Assembly: GCA_036261255.1 (NCBI GenBank) | Contig: DATALD010000051.1 | Coordinates: forward strand, 2,575-66,574 | DNA: 64,000 nucleotides | From: Bacteroidales bacterium | GTDB taxonomy: Bacteria; Bacteroidota; Bacteroidia; Bacteroidales; VadinHA17 | Reading direction: 5' to 3' | In this document: positions 1 to 10,381 of the stretch, piece by piece | How positions within the stretch are numbered: position 1 is the first letter of the stretch | Layout: every line of letters begins with the position of its first letter | The notes under the pieces: model-generated | Database searches by the model: none | What the model saw: only the letters and a program-made list of their open reading frames with translations | What the model was told of the DNA's origin: nothing | Made by a program: the position numbers and the translations under genes

Positions 1-277
1 AGGAACAAAAGGCAAGAGATCAGCTTTGAGACATTCGAGGATAATGATTCATCAGCCTCTGGGTGGCGCAGAAGGCCAGGCTTCAGACATCGAAATATCA
101 GTTAAACAGATACTTAAAATTAAAAGGGAACTATACGAGATCATTGCTTTCCATTCAGGTAATCCTGTTGAAAAAGTTGAAAAGGATTCCGACAGGGATT
201 ACTGGATGACTTCACAGGAAGCAAAAGACTATGGAATGATTGATGAAATACTTGAAAAATCGCAAAAAACTGCTTAA
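1..277 (+). CDS. clpP: ATP-dependent Clp protease proteolytic subunit ClpP, C-terminal part (5' end outside window)
   Basis: The frame stays open from the window edge (..[22 protein letters not shown]..), which is typical ClpP sequence. Its stop overlaps the clpX ATG (TAATG). Confidence 0.95.
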   Translation, partial: GTKGKRSALRHSRIMIHQPLGGAEGQASDIEISVKQILKIKRELYEIIAFHSGNPVEKVEKDSDRDYWMTSQEAKDYGMIDEILEKSQKTA

Positions 278-1491
278 TGGATAAATGCTCATTTTGCGGC
301 AGGACCAAGAAAGAAGTCAATATGCTTGTTGCCGGGCTTGAAGGTCACATCTGTGACCATTGTATTGAGCAGGCAAGTGCAATAATGAATGAAGAGCTTG
401 GCAGCAAAAAAAATCCTGCATTTGACAAGATCAATCTTCTTAAACCGGCTGAGATAAAACATTTTCTCGATCAATATGTCATCGGGCAGGAGAATGCAAA
501 AAAGGTGCTTTCTGTTGCCGTGTATAACCATTATAAAAGGTTGATGCAGAAACCTGACAACGATGATATAGAGATTGAAAAATCAAATATTATTCTTGTC
601 GGGGAAACAGGTACAGGGAAAACACTTCTTGCCCGTACAATTGCCAAAATGCTGCACGTACCTTTTACAATAGTCGATGCAACTGTTCTGACTGAAGCCG
701 GTTATGTGGGAGAAGACATCGAAAGCCTTCTTACCCGGTTGCTTCAGAATGCTGACTATGATGTCAAAGCTGCTGAAAAAGGAATTGTCTTTATTGATGA
801 GATAGACAAAATTGCAAGAAAGGGCGATAATCCCTCAATCACTCGTGATGTATCAGGCGAGGGTGTTCAGCAGGGATTATTGAAACTTCTCGAAGGTTCA
901 ATAGTTAATGTACCACCACAGGGCGGTAGAAAACATCCGGAGCAAAAGATGATACCTGTTGACACAAAAAATATCCTTTTCATCTGTGGAGGAGCTTTTG
1001 AAGGTATACAGAAAAGAATAGCACAACGGCTTAATACCCAGGTTGTGGGTTATGGAACCACAAAGCTTAGGGAAAACATCAACAAGGATAATCTTCTGCA
1101 ATATATTGCTCCACAAGATCTCAGGTCTTATGGTATGATCCCTGAAATCATCGGAAGATTACCCGTATTAACTCATCTGAATGCACTTAACAGAGATGCA
1201 TTAAGGGCAATTTTAACGCAACCTAAAAATGCACTTGTCAAACAATACATAAAATTATTTAAAATGGATGGTGTTGAGCTGAAGTTCAGTGATGAGGTTT
1301 TGGATTATATTGTTGATAAAGCTGTCGAATTCAAGCTTGGAGCACGTGGACTACGTTCAATATGTGAGACAATTATGCTCGATGCCATGTTTGAAATGCC
1401 TTCAGTGAAGGAAAATGAACTTGAAATAACTGTCGAATATGCTTCAAGGAAACTGGAGAAGATAGATGTTCAGCTTCTTAAAGCTTCATAG
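277..1491 (+). CDS. clpX: ATP-dependent Clp protease ATP-binding subunit ClpX
   Basis: N-terminal C4 zinc finger (CSFCG..CDHC), Walker A GETGTGKT, Walker [10 protein letters not shown] and a GYVGEDIE motif. It sits immediately downstream of clpP. Confidence 0.97.
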   Translation: MDKCSFCGRTKKEVNMLVAGLEGHICDHCIEQASAIMNEELGSKKNPAFDKINLLKPAEIKHFLDQYVIGQENAKKVLSVAVYNHYKRLMQKPDNDDIEIEKSNIILVGETGTGKTLLARTIAKMLHVPFTIVDATVLTEAGYVGEDIESLLTRLLQNADYDVKAAEKGIVFIDEIDKIARKGDNPSITRDVSGEGVQQGLLKLLEGSIVNVPPQGGRKHPEQKMIPVDTKNILFICGGAFEGIQKRIAQRLNTQVVGYGTTKLRENINKDNLLQYIAPQDLRSYGMIPEIIGRLPVLTHLNALNRDALRAILTQPKNALVKQYIKLFKMDGVELKFSDEVLDYIVDKAVEFKLGARGLRSICETIMLDAMFEMPSVKENELEITVEYASRKLEKIDVQLLKAS

Positions 1492-1529
1492 GTTTATTAA
1501 ATGAATTAAAAATAGATGCAATGGATAGA

Positions 1530-1559
1530 AGAAGAGACGCAAAATTTTGCGTCTCTTCT
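1530..1559. terminator. Bidirectional rho-independent terminator hairpin between convergent clpX and folA
   Basis: Perfect 11-bp stem agaagagacgc / gcgtctcttct with loop aaaatttt, flanked by A/T-rich runs on both sides. Confidence 0.6.
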
Positions 1560-1564
1560 ATTTA

Positions 1565-2047
1565 TTATTTTCTCCTATCGTATATTACATACGAATATGC
1601 AGGCGCTTCTCCTGAAGCAGGGAAGCTTTCTCTTTCAATGACCTGCCAGGTATTTTTGTCTATTTCAGGAAAATAGATATCAGCATCAGCCTTACTGTGA
1701 ACATGGGTAATATAAAGCCTGTCAGCCAGCGGCATGAACTGCCTGTAAATGCTTCCTCCACCAATAATGAACACCTCATCTTCTTTTGACATCTCTGCAG
1801 CCTCATTTATAGAGTAAGCCATCACAGCTCCATCAATAACTTCACCTTCAATGTCTGTCAAAACAATATTTTTCCTCCCTGGTAAAGGTCTTTTTGGTAA
1901 CGATTCCCATGTCTTTTTCCCCATTACAACTGTTTTTCCAGTTGTCAACCGTTTGAATCGTTTCAGATCTTCCGGTATATGCCATAACAGTTTATTCTCT
2001 TTGCCGATACCCCAATCGTCGGCTACTGCAACTATTATTGAAATCAT
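1565..2047 (-). CDS. folA: Dihydrofolate reductase
   Basis: 160 aa. MISIIVAV..GIGKENKLLWHIPEDLKRFKRLTTGK..VMGKKTWESLP..IGGGSIY matches the DHFR pattern. Lies downstream of thyA. Confidence 0.93.
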   Translation of the reverse strand: MISIIVAVADDWGIGKENKLLWHIPEDLKRFKRLTTGKTVVMGKKTWESLPKRPLPGRKNIVLTDIEGEVIDGAVMAYSINEAAEMSKEDEVFIIGGGSIYRQFMPLADRLYITHVHSKADADIYFPEIDKNTWQVIERESFPASGEAPAYSYVIYDRRK

Positions 2048-2061
2048 AAAATTGCTTTTAA

Positions 2062-2856
2062 TTATACTGCTATATCTCCTTTTATGTGTGGATGAGAAAC
2101 ATATTCTTCGAGCATGAAATCTTTATACCTGAACTCAGTAATTTCTTTTACAACCGGGTTGATTTTCATGACAGGAAGCTTATAAGGCTGGCGTGTGAGT
2201 TGCAGCTTAACCTGTTCGATATGATTAAGGTAAATATGGGCATCTCCAAGAGTATGAATGAACTCACCAGGTTTTAATCCTGCAACCTGCGCGATCATCA
2301 TTGTGAGCAGTGAATAGGATGCAATATTGAATGGTACACCAATAAAAATATCAGCGCTTCTCTGGTATAACTGGCATGAAAGAAAGCCATTTGCAACATA
2401 AAACTGAAACAATGCATGACATGGAGGGAGCGCCATCTTATCGAGTTCTCCCACATTCCATGCGCTAACGATATGCCTCCTTGAATCAGGAGAGTTCTTT
2501 ATTGAATGTATTACCTGGCTGAGCTGGTCAATCTGCCTGCCATCACTGGTCGGCCATGACCGCCATTGATGCCCGTAAACAGGACCGAGATTACCATCTT
2601 TGTCAGCCCATTCATCCCATATCTTCACTCCGTTTTCTTTAAGGTACCGGATGTTTGTCTCACCCGAAATAAACCATAATAATTCATGAATTATTGACCT
2701 GAGATGGAGCTTTTTTGTTGTAAGAACAGGAAATCCATCAGATAAGTTAAACCTCATCTGATAGCCAAAAGCGCTTATTGTCCCTGTGCCTGTCCTGTCA
2801 GATTTCTCACAGCCATTCTTAAGTACATGATCAAGTAGATCAAGATATTGTTTCAT
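2062..2856 (-). CDS. thyA: Thymidylate synthase
   Basis: 264 aa. [22 protein letters not shown] and the catalytic-Cys motif [12 protein letters not shown]. Confidence 0.97.
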   Translation of the reverse strand: MKQYLDLLDHVLKNGCEKSDRTGTGTISAFGYQMRFNLSDGFPVLTTKKLHLRSIIHELLWFISGETNIRYLKENGVKIWDEWADKDGNLGPVYGHQWRSWPTSDGRQIDQLSQVIHSIKNSPDSRRHIVSAWNVGELDKMALPPCHALFQFYVANGFLSCQLYQRSADIFIGVPFNIASYSLLTMMIAQVAGLKPGEFIHTLGDAHIYLNHIEQVKLQLTRQPYKLPVMKINPVVKEITEFRYKDFMLEEYVSHPHIKGDIAV

Positions 2857-2866
2857 AAAATGTTTT

Positions 2867-4810
2867 TTATAGAATGGGTGTTACCCTGGCCGCCCATCCG
2901 CCACCCGGAGCCATGTGGATCCTCATTCTGCCACCTGACTTTATTTCGCTTCTAACAATCTCATAGTCAGAAGCATTTCTGTCGGCATTAATACCATCCT
3001 GGAAACCATCAACCTTATACTTACCTTCCGGAAGAAAGGAGAAGTCGATATCAATTGTCCGTTCATTCCAGTCAGTCATGGCGCCAACAAACCAGTCATT
3101 CCCCGATTTTCTTGCAAGTAATATAAAATCGCCCACTTTCCCGTCAAGACAGGCAATTTCGTCCCAAACAACAGGTATGTTCTTAATAAAATCGACTGTC
3201 TCTTGTTCTCTCATATAATTTGTTGGACTGTCAGCAAGCATTTGAAGAGGGCTTTCATAGATCACATACATTGCAACCTGGTGAGCTCTTGTTCCCTGAC
3301 TTTCTGGTCTGGCCACTTTCGGAGAAAAGCTTTCTTTATCCATATTAACCATAGCCCCGGGAGCATAGTCCATCGGCCCGTTTGTCATGCGGATAAATGG
3401 AATTGTCACGTCATAATCAGGAGTGACTTCCCTGTTTTGTTTGCTCAGTTCGAGCCCTTTTACTCCCTCGTTTGTCAATACATTTGGCCATACTTTATTC
3501 AGACCTGCAGGCATGCTACCATCATGAAAATTAACAAGCAGGTGATGCTCTGCAGCTTTCCTTGCAGCATCATAATAGGAGTTGACCATTCGCTGATCAT
3601 CTCTTTGAATCAGATCGATCTTGATTCCACTGACTCCCCATTTTTCAAATAATCCAACAGCTTCATCCATCCTGTCCCAGAATAATTTCCATCTGACGCC
3701 AAGCAAAACGCCTACATTCCTGCTTTTTCCATATTCACAAAGATCATACACATTGATCCCTTCAGCTTCATCTGTAACATTATCGTTCTCATACCATCCT
3801 TTATCAAGGATTATAAATTCCAATCCATTATCTGATGCAAAATCAATATAGTATTTATAGGTTTCATTATTGATCCCGGCCCTGAATTTAACGTTATAAA
3901 TATTTGTTTCATTCCATGAATCACAAGCTACCTTCCCGGTTTTAATCCAATCGGTTTCTTCTATCTGACTTGGTTTCGAAAGCCTGTAAACCATATCGCT
4001 ACCTGCAAGGTCTACATCTGCAGAACTCATAATAAATACTTTCCAGGGGAATGTCCTGGTACCTTTTGTTTGTGCAATGTAGCCTTTAGTTTCCGTAACA
4101 ACCATATCATAATTGTTCCTGAATGTTTCTTCGGAAGGAAATTTTGGCCATACTCCTGATATCTTCCTTGATCCCTGACCTAAGAGCCACATCCCGGGAT
4201 AATCATCAAGATCAGCTTCAGACATTAGCACATTGATACCTTCTGATTTGAAAAGTACCGGAAGACTGGCAAGATGGTTTTTGCCTATTGTGTCAAGAGA
4301 AGAATAAGCATAATTTATTTCATTTTTGGAGAAGAAGCCTTCCTCAAGAGGGTACCATGAGGTAGTTTCACGGGGGAACTCAAAATCTGCTATCTCATTT
4401 CTTATTACAAGATCATCTTTCATATTAGTCTCGAACCTGTAAGCAATGCCATCGTCATAAGCTCTGAATACAAGCGTTGAGCCTGATTTAAAATTTATTT
4501 CGAGAATATTGCAACGATTCTTTATTTCAGAACGTTTGTTAGCAACAATAGGAAAAATAGTTTCATCAAGTTTCTTTGTGTCGACCTTCTTTACCCTTTC
4601 ATCTCCAAGTATCTTACCGCTTTTAAGCTCCAGTCCAACGTTATTAGACTTAATCACCTGTTTACCGTCGTACGAAGCTGACCATCTCAACCCGGGACCA
4701 ATGCTTACTATAATTGTTATTCTGTTGTCAGGTGATTTAACCGTATAGTCTTTCGACCAGGTTGCTGTACTTGCAAGGACAGATAATATAAGTAATACGA
4801 ATCTTTTCAT
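2867..4810 (-). CDS. Glycoside hydrolase family 97 alpha-glucosidase (SusB-like), secreted
   Basis: 647 aa with a signal peptide. GH97-like blocks [40 protein letters not shown] and [19 protein letters not shown]. Confidence 0.85.
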   Translation of the reverse strand: MKRFVLLILSVLASTATWSKDYTVKSPDNRITIIVSIGPGLRWSASYDGKQVIKSNNVGLELKSGKILGDERVKKVDTKKLDETIFPIVANKRSEIKNRCNILEINFKSGSTLVFRAYDDGIAYRFETNMKDDLVIRNEIADFEFPRETTSWYPLEEGFFSKNEINYAYSSLDTIGKNHLASLPVLFKSEGINVLMSEADLDDYPGMWLLGQGSRKISGVWPKFPSEETFRNNYDMVVTETKGYIAQTKGTRTFPWKVFIMSSADVDLAGSDMVYRLSKPSQIEETDWIKTGKVACDSWNETNIYNVKFRAGINNETYKYYIDFASDNGLEFIILDKGWYENDNVTDEAEGINVYDLCEYGKSRNVGVLLGVRWKLFWDRMDEAVGLFEKWGVSGIKIDLIQRDDQRMVNSYYDAARKAAEHHLLVNFHDGSMPAGLNKVWPNVLTNEGVKGLELSKQNREVTPDYDVTIPFIRMTNGPMDYAPGAMVNMDKESFSPKVARPESQGTRAHQVAMYVIYESPLQMLADSPTNYMREQETVDFIKNIPVVWDEIACLDGKVGDFILLARKSGNDWFVGAMTDWNERTIDIDFSFLPEGKYKVDGFQDGINADRNASDYEIVRSEIKSGGRMRIHMAPGGGWAARVTPIL

Positions 4811-4966
4811 TGTTCTTCAGTCTGTAAGGTTGATCCATTCCACGATATTATTCTTTACCTGCTGCCCGTCAGGTAACGATAATTTTGACTAAAATAATAA
4901 AAGATGCTATAATTTGCTGATATCCGGAAAGGAAATTTAAAGATGGTTTTCAATGTTTTGCTTAGA

Positions 4967-5560
4967 TCAGCCTTTCTTTTTCTTTTTTCTCTTCTCCAAC
5001 TCATCTCTCACAGCTGCTGCCCGTTCATAATCTTCTGACTTTACTGATTCATCAATTATCTTTGAAAGTTCGTCGTCAGTAAAAGTGTCAAATTTATCTC
5101 CTGAACGTGGCGGGAGATCTTCGTCACCGGGAGCTATCTCAGAGTCAGACTGATTAATTGTGATGCCTGCTTTCTCCAGTATTTCCTCAGTAATAAAAAT
5201 CGGGCAACCGAACCTGAGTGCAAGAGCAACTGCATCAGAAGTTCTGCTGTCGATTGATGATTCTTTGTCGCCATTGTTACAGACCAATTTTGAGAAAAAG
5301 ACCCCCTCTTCCAGTTTATAGATCATAACCTCTGTAACGAAAATATTAAACTCATCTGCGAATTTTTTAAAGAGGTCATGCGTTAATGGTCTTGGAGGAT
5401 CAAGATTTTCAAGCTTAATAACAATAGCCTGCGCCTCAAAACCTCCGATTATTATAGGTATTCTCCTGTCGCCATTCTCCTCAAGAAGTATCAATGCATA
5501 AGCTCCTGATTGAGTCTGACTATATGAGATGCCCATGACCTTTAGCTTTACTCTCTTCAT
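4967..5560 (-). CDS. Bifunctional nuclease (BFN/DUF151) family protein with UVR-like C-terminal helix and poly-Lys tail
   Basis: 197 aa. ..YALILLEENGDRRIPIIIGGFEAQAI..RPLTHDL is typical of the DUF151 nuclease domain. C-terminal EDYERAAAVRDELEKRKKKKKG resembles a UVR motif. Confidence 0.75.
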   Translation of the reverse strand: MKRVKLKVMGISYSQTQSGAYALILLEENGDRRIPIIIGGFEAQAIVIKLENLDPPRPLTHDLFKKFADEFNIFVTEVMIYKLEEGVFFSKLVCNNGDKESSIDSRTSDAVALALRFGCPIFITEEILEKAGITINQSDSEIAPGDEDLPPRSGDKFDTFTDDELSKIIDESVKSEDYERAAAVRDELEKRKKKKKG

Positions 5561-5606
5561 ATCAACTATTTACGTTCAGGTTTTTTAATGGGTCTTGTTC
5601 TATTAA

Positions 5607-5614
5607 CAAAGATA
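5607..5614 (-). promoter_or_regulatory. Candidate Bacteroidota -7 box (TATCTTTG) for the nuclease gene
   Basis: The minus-strand sequence TATCTTTG matches the TAnnTTTG consensus, 47 nt upstream of the ATG at 5560. Confidence 0.3.
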
Positions 5615-5768
5615 GAGATAATAGAGGTAACAGCCTGATCTGCCATATTGTTTTTTTTTCAACAAACAAAAATCATTCTTCTTAATAAGAATGTATTAAT
5701 CAGTATCCGGGTTTTGAATAATTCATTGTATTTTTTATTTGTGGAGTTTGTAAATAACCTAATTTTTA

Positions 5769-5776
5769 TATCTTTG
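5769..5776 (+). promoter_or_regulatory. Candidate Bacteroidota -7 box (TATCTTTG) for rplU-rpmA
   Basis: TATCTTTGCAG matches TAnnTTTG, about 93 nt upstream of the rplU ATG. The same TATCTTTGCAG string recurs upstream of greA. Confidence 0.35.
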
Positions 5777-5868
5777 CAGTCCAAAATTGATAAATTCGAA
5801 GGGGCAATTAAAAAGAGATCTGCATTTAAGCATGTCCGCCTCCCGGAGCAACATAAAACAAATTAGAA

Positions 5869-6312
5869 ATGTACGCAATCGTTGAAATTGCAGGCCAGCA
5901 GTTCAAAGTAGAAAAGGGAAAAAAGATCTTTGTGCACCGCCTGGAAGCAGAAGAAGGAAAAGAAGTTGTATTTGACAATGTTCTTCTAACTGATGATGAT
6001 GGAAAGATTACAATCGGAGAACCCACATTAAAAGACGTTGTTGTTGAGGGTAAAGTTGTTGATCATGTTCGTGGAGAAAAAGTTATTGTCTTCAAGAAGA
6101 AAAGGAAAAAAGGTTACAGGGTAAAGAATGGTCATCGCCAGAATTTCACCCAGGTTGAGATAATAAGCATTGGAAGTAACGGTTCAAAGAAAAAAGCAGC
6201 TAAGGCAGAAGCCGGTGATGTAATATCAGAACCTGCTGAAGAAATGAAAGTAGCAAAGAAACCAGCAGAGAAGAAAGCAACTGCAAAAACAAAGAAAACA
6301 ACTGAAGAATAG
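5869..6312 (+). CDS. rplU: 50S ribosomal protein L21 with Lys/Ala/Glu-rich C-terminal extension
   Basis: MYAIVEIAGQQFKVEKGKKIFVHRL.. is an L21 core of about 100 aa, followed by a charged tail of about 45 aa. rpmA follows. Confidence 0.93.
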   Translation: MYAIVEIAGQQFKVEKGKKIFVHRLEAEEGKEVVFDNVLLTDDDGKITIGEPTLKDVVVEGKVVDHVRGEKVIVFKKKRKKGYRVKNGHRQNFTQVEIISIGSNGSKKKAAKAEAGDVISEPAEEMKVAKKPAEKKATAKTKKTTEE

Positions 6313-6342
6313 AGTTTAATAAGAAATTATAAAGTATAAGCC

Positions 6343-6609
6343 ATGGCACACAAGAAAGGAGCAGGTAGCTCAAGAAATGGTCGCGATTCGCATAGTAAAA
6401 GACTTGGCATTAAGCTTTTTGGCGGCCAGACTGCCAAAGCAGGCAATATTATCGTACGTCAAAGAGGTACAAAACACAATCCCGGTATTAATGTAGGAAT
6501 TGGAAAAGATCATACTCTTTTTGCTCTTGTAGACGGCGAAATCGAATTCAAAAGAAAGAAGGATAACAAAACCTACGTTTCAGTTGTACCTTCAACAGAA
6601 GCTGAATAA
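6343..6609 (+). CDS. rpmA: 50S ribosomal protein L27
   Basis: [40 protein letters not shown] is a canonical L27 sequence. Confidence 0.96.
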   Translation: MAHKKGAGSSRNGRDSHSKRLGIKLFGGQTAKAGNIIVRQRGTKHNPGINVGIGKDHTLFALVDGEIEFKRKKDNKTYVSVVPSTEAE

Positions 6610-6670
6610 ACTTACGATACATTCTTCCATCGAAGGACAGGGAGAAGTCGATAGTTTTTAATAATTTTAC

Positions 6671-6694
6671 AGCAGGCTTATGCCTGCTTTTTTA
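6671..6694 (+). terminator. Rho-independent terminator after rpmA
   Basis: Stem agcaggc / gcctgct with loop ttat, followed by TTTTTT. Confidence 0.7.
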
Positions 6695-6711
6695 TTTAAA
6701 CCAATTGCATT

Positions 6712-7986
6712 ATGTTAACGATCAACCTCATCAGGGAAAAAAAGGATTTTGTTATCGAGCGGCTTAAACTCAAAAATTTCAATGCAGAAATAATTGTTGA
6801 GAAGATTTTAGAACTCGACTCCTCAAGGCGTGAGATACAATCAAAAGCAAACCAGTTAGAGTCAGAGATGAACAAGATTTCAAAAGAAATCGGCAATCTC
6901 ATGAAAAATGGCATGAAAGAGGAAGCTGAAAATGCAAAAGGAAAAACCTATTCACTGAAGGAAGAAATTAAAACTCTTCTCGACAAACTTGAACCCATTG
7001 AAAATGAATTAAAATCAGAGATCGTTAAACTCCCTAACATGCCACATGAATCAGTGGCTCCAGGTATCGGGGCTGACGATAACGTAAAGGTAAAAGAAGG
7101 AGGTATCATCCCGGAACTTAAAGATAATGCGCTCGCTCACTGGGATCTCATAAAAAAATACAACATTATTGATTTCGATCTTGGGACAAAACTCACAGGA
7201 GCCGGTTTCCCGGTATACATTGGAAAAGGCGCCAGGCTTGAAAGATCTCTCATCAGCTTCTTCCTTGATGAAGGAGTAAAAGCCGGTTATACTGAAGTTA
7301 TGCCTCCCATAATGGTTAACGAAGATTCAGGTTTTGGCACAGGACAGCTGCCTGATAAAGAAGGGCAGATGTATCATGTGGGCCTTGATAATTATTACCT
7401 TATTCCAACTGCCGAAGTACCAGTTACAAATATATACCGTGATGTTATCCTCAATAGTGATGATCTGCCATTAAAAAACATAGCTTATACTCCATGTTTC
7501 AGAAGAGAAGCAGGCTCGTGGGGAGCGCATGTCAGAGGACTTAATCGTCTGCATCAGTTCGATAAGGTTGAGATTGTACAGATAGCTCATCCCGATAATT
7601 CTTATAAATCGCTCGAAGAGATGGTTGCTCATGTTGAGAGCCTAATAATCAAGCTTGAATTGCCTTACAGGATACTTAGACTCTGCGGAGGCGACATGTC
7701 GTTCACATCATCATTGACATACGATTTTGAAGTATGGTCAGCTGCTCAAAAAAGGTGGCTCGAAGTTAGCTCTGTATCCAACTTTGAATCATTCCAGTCG
7801 AACAGGCTCAAATGCAGGTTTAAAGAAAAAGGCGAAAAACAGACAAAGCTTGTGCATTCACTAAATGGCAGCGCCCTTGCTCTACCGAGGATTGTTGCAG
7901 CAATTCTTGAAAACAACCAGACTGAAAATGGTATCAGAATACCTTCAGCCTTAATCCCTTATACCGGATTTGAAATAATCAACTAA
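6712..7986 (+). CDS. serS: Serine--tRNA ligase
   Basis: 424 aa. N-terminal coiled-coil arm and class II core with FRREAGS.G...RGL.R.HQF.KVE and NGSALA..R motifs. Confidence 0.96.
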   Translation: MLTINLIREKKDFVIERLKLKNFNAEIIVEKILELDSSRREIQSKANQLESEMNKISKEIGNLMKNGMKEEAENAKGKTYSLKEEIKTLLDKLEPIENELKSEIVKLPNMPHESVAPGIGADDNVKVKEGGIIPELKDNALAHWDLIKKYNIIDFDLGTKLTGAGFPVYIGKGARLERSLISFFLDEGVKAGYTEVMPPIMVNEDSGFGTGQLPDKEGQMYHVGLDNYYLIPTAEVPVTNIYRDVILNSDDLPLKNIAYTPCFRREAGSWGAHVRGLNRLHQFDKVEIVQIAHPDNSYKSLEEMVAHVESLIIKLELPYRILRLCGGDMSFTSSLTYDFEVWSAAQKRWLEVSSVSNFESFQSNRLKCRFKEKGEKQTKLVHSLNGSALALPRIVAAILENNQTENGIRIPSALIPYTGFEIIN

Positions 7987-8021
7987 TTATTGATTCTCAG
8001 AAGAAGAGAAATTGCCACAGC

Positions 8022-8912
8022 ATGGATAACAATTCAAATCAACGTAAGTCGATAATCTATGCTCTTCTGGCTGTTTCATTCTGGTCAACAGTAGCTACAT
8101 CTTTCAAATTATGTCTTGCCGAGCTCGATATACTTACAATGCTTACGATTGCGTCTGTTACTTCGACAATTGTTTTATTTGCAGCAGTTCAGATAAAAGG
8201 CAAAGGCCTTGAAATACTAAAAAATACACCAGGAGAATTTCTCAATTCGGCATTCCTGGGACTCATTAATCCATTTCTTTATTACCTGATCTTATTTAAA
8301 GCCTATTCTCTTCTTCCTGCCCAGATTGCCCAACCGTTGAATATGATCTGGCCAATAATCCTTGCTTTTTTATCCGTCCCGTTGCTAAAACAAAAAATTT
8401 CGGCACGAAGTATTACAGCTCTTTTAATCAGTTTTGCAGGTGTTTATATAATATCATCAAAAGGAAATCCATTTAATCCTGGCCATACAAACCCCCTTGG
8501 CGTGTTACTTGCAACAGGGAGTTCGGTTTTCTGGGCATTTTATTTTATAATGAATATTCGCGATAAGAGAGATGAAGCCGTAAAACTATTTCTTAATTTC
8601 TTTTTTGGATCACTCTATCTGCTTCTGATGGTTTTGGCTACAGGCAATTATGGAGAAATAAGTCTAAAAGGTGCATTATTGGCTATTTATATTGGTATTT
8701 TTGAGATGGGAATAACGTTCCTTCTATGGCTTAAGGCGCTAAGTCTTGCAAAATCAACGACAACGATAAGCAATTTTGCCTATCTTTCCCCATTGATTTC
8801 ATTGTTTTTTATTAATCATGTCTTGGGCGAACATGTATATATCACAACTTTGGCCGGGTTGTTGATGATAATTGCAGGAATACTTGTCAGCAACAAACAA
8901 AACAATAAATAA
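8022..8912 (+). CDS. DMT superfamily (EamA-like) transporter
   Basis: 296 aa with about 10 predicted TM helices arranged as two EamA-like halves. Confidence 0.8.
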   Translation: MDNNSNQRKSIIYALLAVSFWSTVATSFKLCLAELDILTMLTIASVTSTIVLFAAVQIKGKGLEILKNTPGEFLNSAFLGLINPFLYYLILFKAYSLLPAQIAQPLNMIWPIILAFLSVPLLKQKISARSITALLISFAGVYIISSKGNPFNPGHTNPLGVLLATGSSVFWAFYFIMNIRDKRDEAVKLFLNFFFGSLYLLLMVLATGNYGEISLKGALLAIYIGIFEMGITFLLWLKALSLAKSTTTISNFAYLSPLISLFFINHVLGEHVYITTLAGLLMIIAGILVSNKQNNK

Positions 8913-8939
8913 ATGGTTATATTTCAGGCGCTGTCAGAC

Positions 8940-8960
8940 TAATAATAATAATAATAATAA
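8940..8960. repeat. (TAA)7 trinucleotide microsatellite
   Basis: Read directly: taataataataataataataa, ending 3 nt before the ATG at 8964. Confidence 0.9.
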
Positions 8961-8963
8961 ACC

Positions 8964-10271
8964 ATGACGAAAAAAATTCTTATTTATACCGTCATCCTGC
9001 TTGCATTAATATCATCATGTAAGAAGGATCCTGATCCTGAACCAATTAAGACTGAGATAACACCAGCAATGGGCAGGGATACTCTTTGGTATATTATGCA
9101 GGATGTTTATTACTGGTACAAGCAGATGCCTTCTGTTAATAAAGATGATTACTCAAATCCTTATGACCTCCTTGAAGCGCTCAGATATAAACCTTTCGAC
9201 AGGTTTAGCTTTGTTGCTGATTATGATGAGTATTACCAGGAGATGGGTGGTATCTTTGTCGGACATGGTATACGTGTTGGCCTTGACTCCGACAACAAAG
9301 CCCGCATTGCAATGATATATGACAATTCGCCATTATATGCCCAGGGGGTAAGAAGAGGATGGACAATCCTTTCAGTAAATGGAAGTGATATAGGGGCTCT
9401 TCTTGCAGCAGGTAACCGCAATCAGTACAATACAGTTATGGGTCCATCCACTGCAGGGGTAACTAATTTATTCGTTTTCAGGAAACCTGATGGAACAAAT
9501 GTGACAATCTCATCTGAAAAAGCATCTTTTCAGACTAATACAGTTCTCCATTATGATACCCTTCATCTTAAAAACGGGATTGCAGGTCACATCGTTTACG
9601 AATCCTTTATTGAACCATCTATTCCAGAATTAGCTACTGCCTTTGCATTTTTCAAGAGCAATAATGTGCAGGATCTTATACTGGATCTCAGGTATAATTC
9701 GGGTGGGCTAGTCAGTATTGCACAGACGCTTGCCAGTTACATAGGAGGTAATGGACTAGCTGGCACAAACCTTGCGAAAATAGAGCATAATGATAAGCTG
9801 ACAGAATATGATCATTCTTTTACGTTTAAAACAACTACCTATCCACTGGATCTTGAACGTGTAGTAATTATTACAACCCGGTCAACAGCTTCTGCCAGTG
9901 AATTCATTATTAATGGTCTAAAGCCCCATGTTCAGGTTGTTACAGTAGGTGATACAACTTATGGCAAACCAGTTGGTTATTATGATTGGACAGCAGGCGA
10001 AAAGTATGTGTTTGCACCAACCGCTTTTAAAATTGTTAACTCCCGTGGAGAAGGGGAGTACTATTTTGGAATTGCACCCGATAAACAAGCGCCAGACGAT
10101 ATTACTCATGATTTTGATGACCGTCAGGAACAATCACTTAAAGAGGCAATCTACTACCTCGATAATGGGATTGTCTCTGCCAAAAGCCTGATACACTTTA
10201 AAAATGGACCTCAGGTATCGGAAAAACCTGAATGGACAAATAATATGCTAATTGATGAACGTCCGTTCTGA
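8964..10271 (+). CDS. S41 (tail-specific/C-terminal processing) peptidase family lipoprotein
   Basis: Lipoprotein signal (LLALISSCKK). PDZ-like segment, then LILDLRYNSGGLVS and TASASEFIINGLK..TYGKPVG blocks typical of S41 peptidases. Confidence 0.75.
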   Translation: MTKKILIYTVILLALISSCKKDPDPEPIKTEITPAMGRDTLWYIMQDVYYWYKQMPSVNKDDYSNPYDLLEALRYKPFDRFSFVADYDEYYQEMGGIFVGHGIRVGLDSDNKARIAMIYDNSPLYAQGVRRGWTILSVNGSDIGALLAAGNRNQYNTVMGPSTAGVTNLFVFRKPDGTNVTISSEKASFQTNTVLHYDTLHLKNGIAGHIVYESFIEPSIPELATAFAFFKSNNVQDLILDLRYNSGGLVSIAQTLASYIGGNGLAGTNLAKIEHNDKLTEYDHSFTFKTTTYPLDLERVVIITTRSTASASEFIINGLKPHVQVVTVGDTTYGKPVGYYDWTAGEKYVFAPTAFKIVNSRGEGEYYFGIAPDKQAPDDITHDFDDRQEQSLKEAIYYLDNGIVSAKSLIHFKNGPQVSEKPEWTNNMLIDERPF

Positions 10272-10381
10272 GGTTAGTCAGGATTATTTAGCTGTTCTTT
10301 GTTGTAAAAAAGTAATATATTTAACCACAAAGAACTCCTTTTTTGAATTGACTATTCAACGAAGGGCAGAAATATTCTTTA

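Noticed and set aside
3203-3851. 149-aa and 76-aa plus-strand ORFs inside the GH97 gene. Similar antisense ORFs lie inside the SiaB-like gene (30698-31114), the NtrC gene (35786-37102), the kinase gene and the PBP-GcvH gene.
   Set aside because: All lie antisense to, or out of frame within, CDSs with clear family motifs, and none has a motif or plausible start context.
5777-5868. Possible ribosomal-protein leader or attenuator in the ~93-nt rplU 5' UTR.
   Set aside because: I could find only a weak 4-bp stem (tccg..cgga). There is no convincing conserved structure and I cannot run a covariance model. It goes unreported as a feature.
10293-10345. Terminator after the S41 peptidase gene (stem gttctttgt / acaaagaac followed by tcctttttt).
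   Set aside because: The loop is about 24 nt and the stem only 9 bp with A/T-rich pairs. This is too weak to list as a feature.
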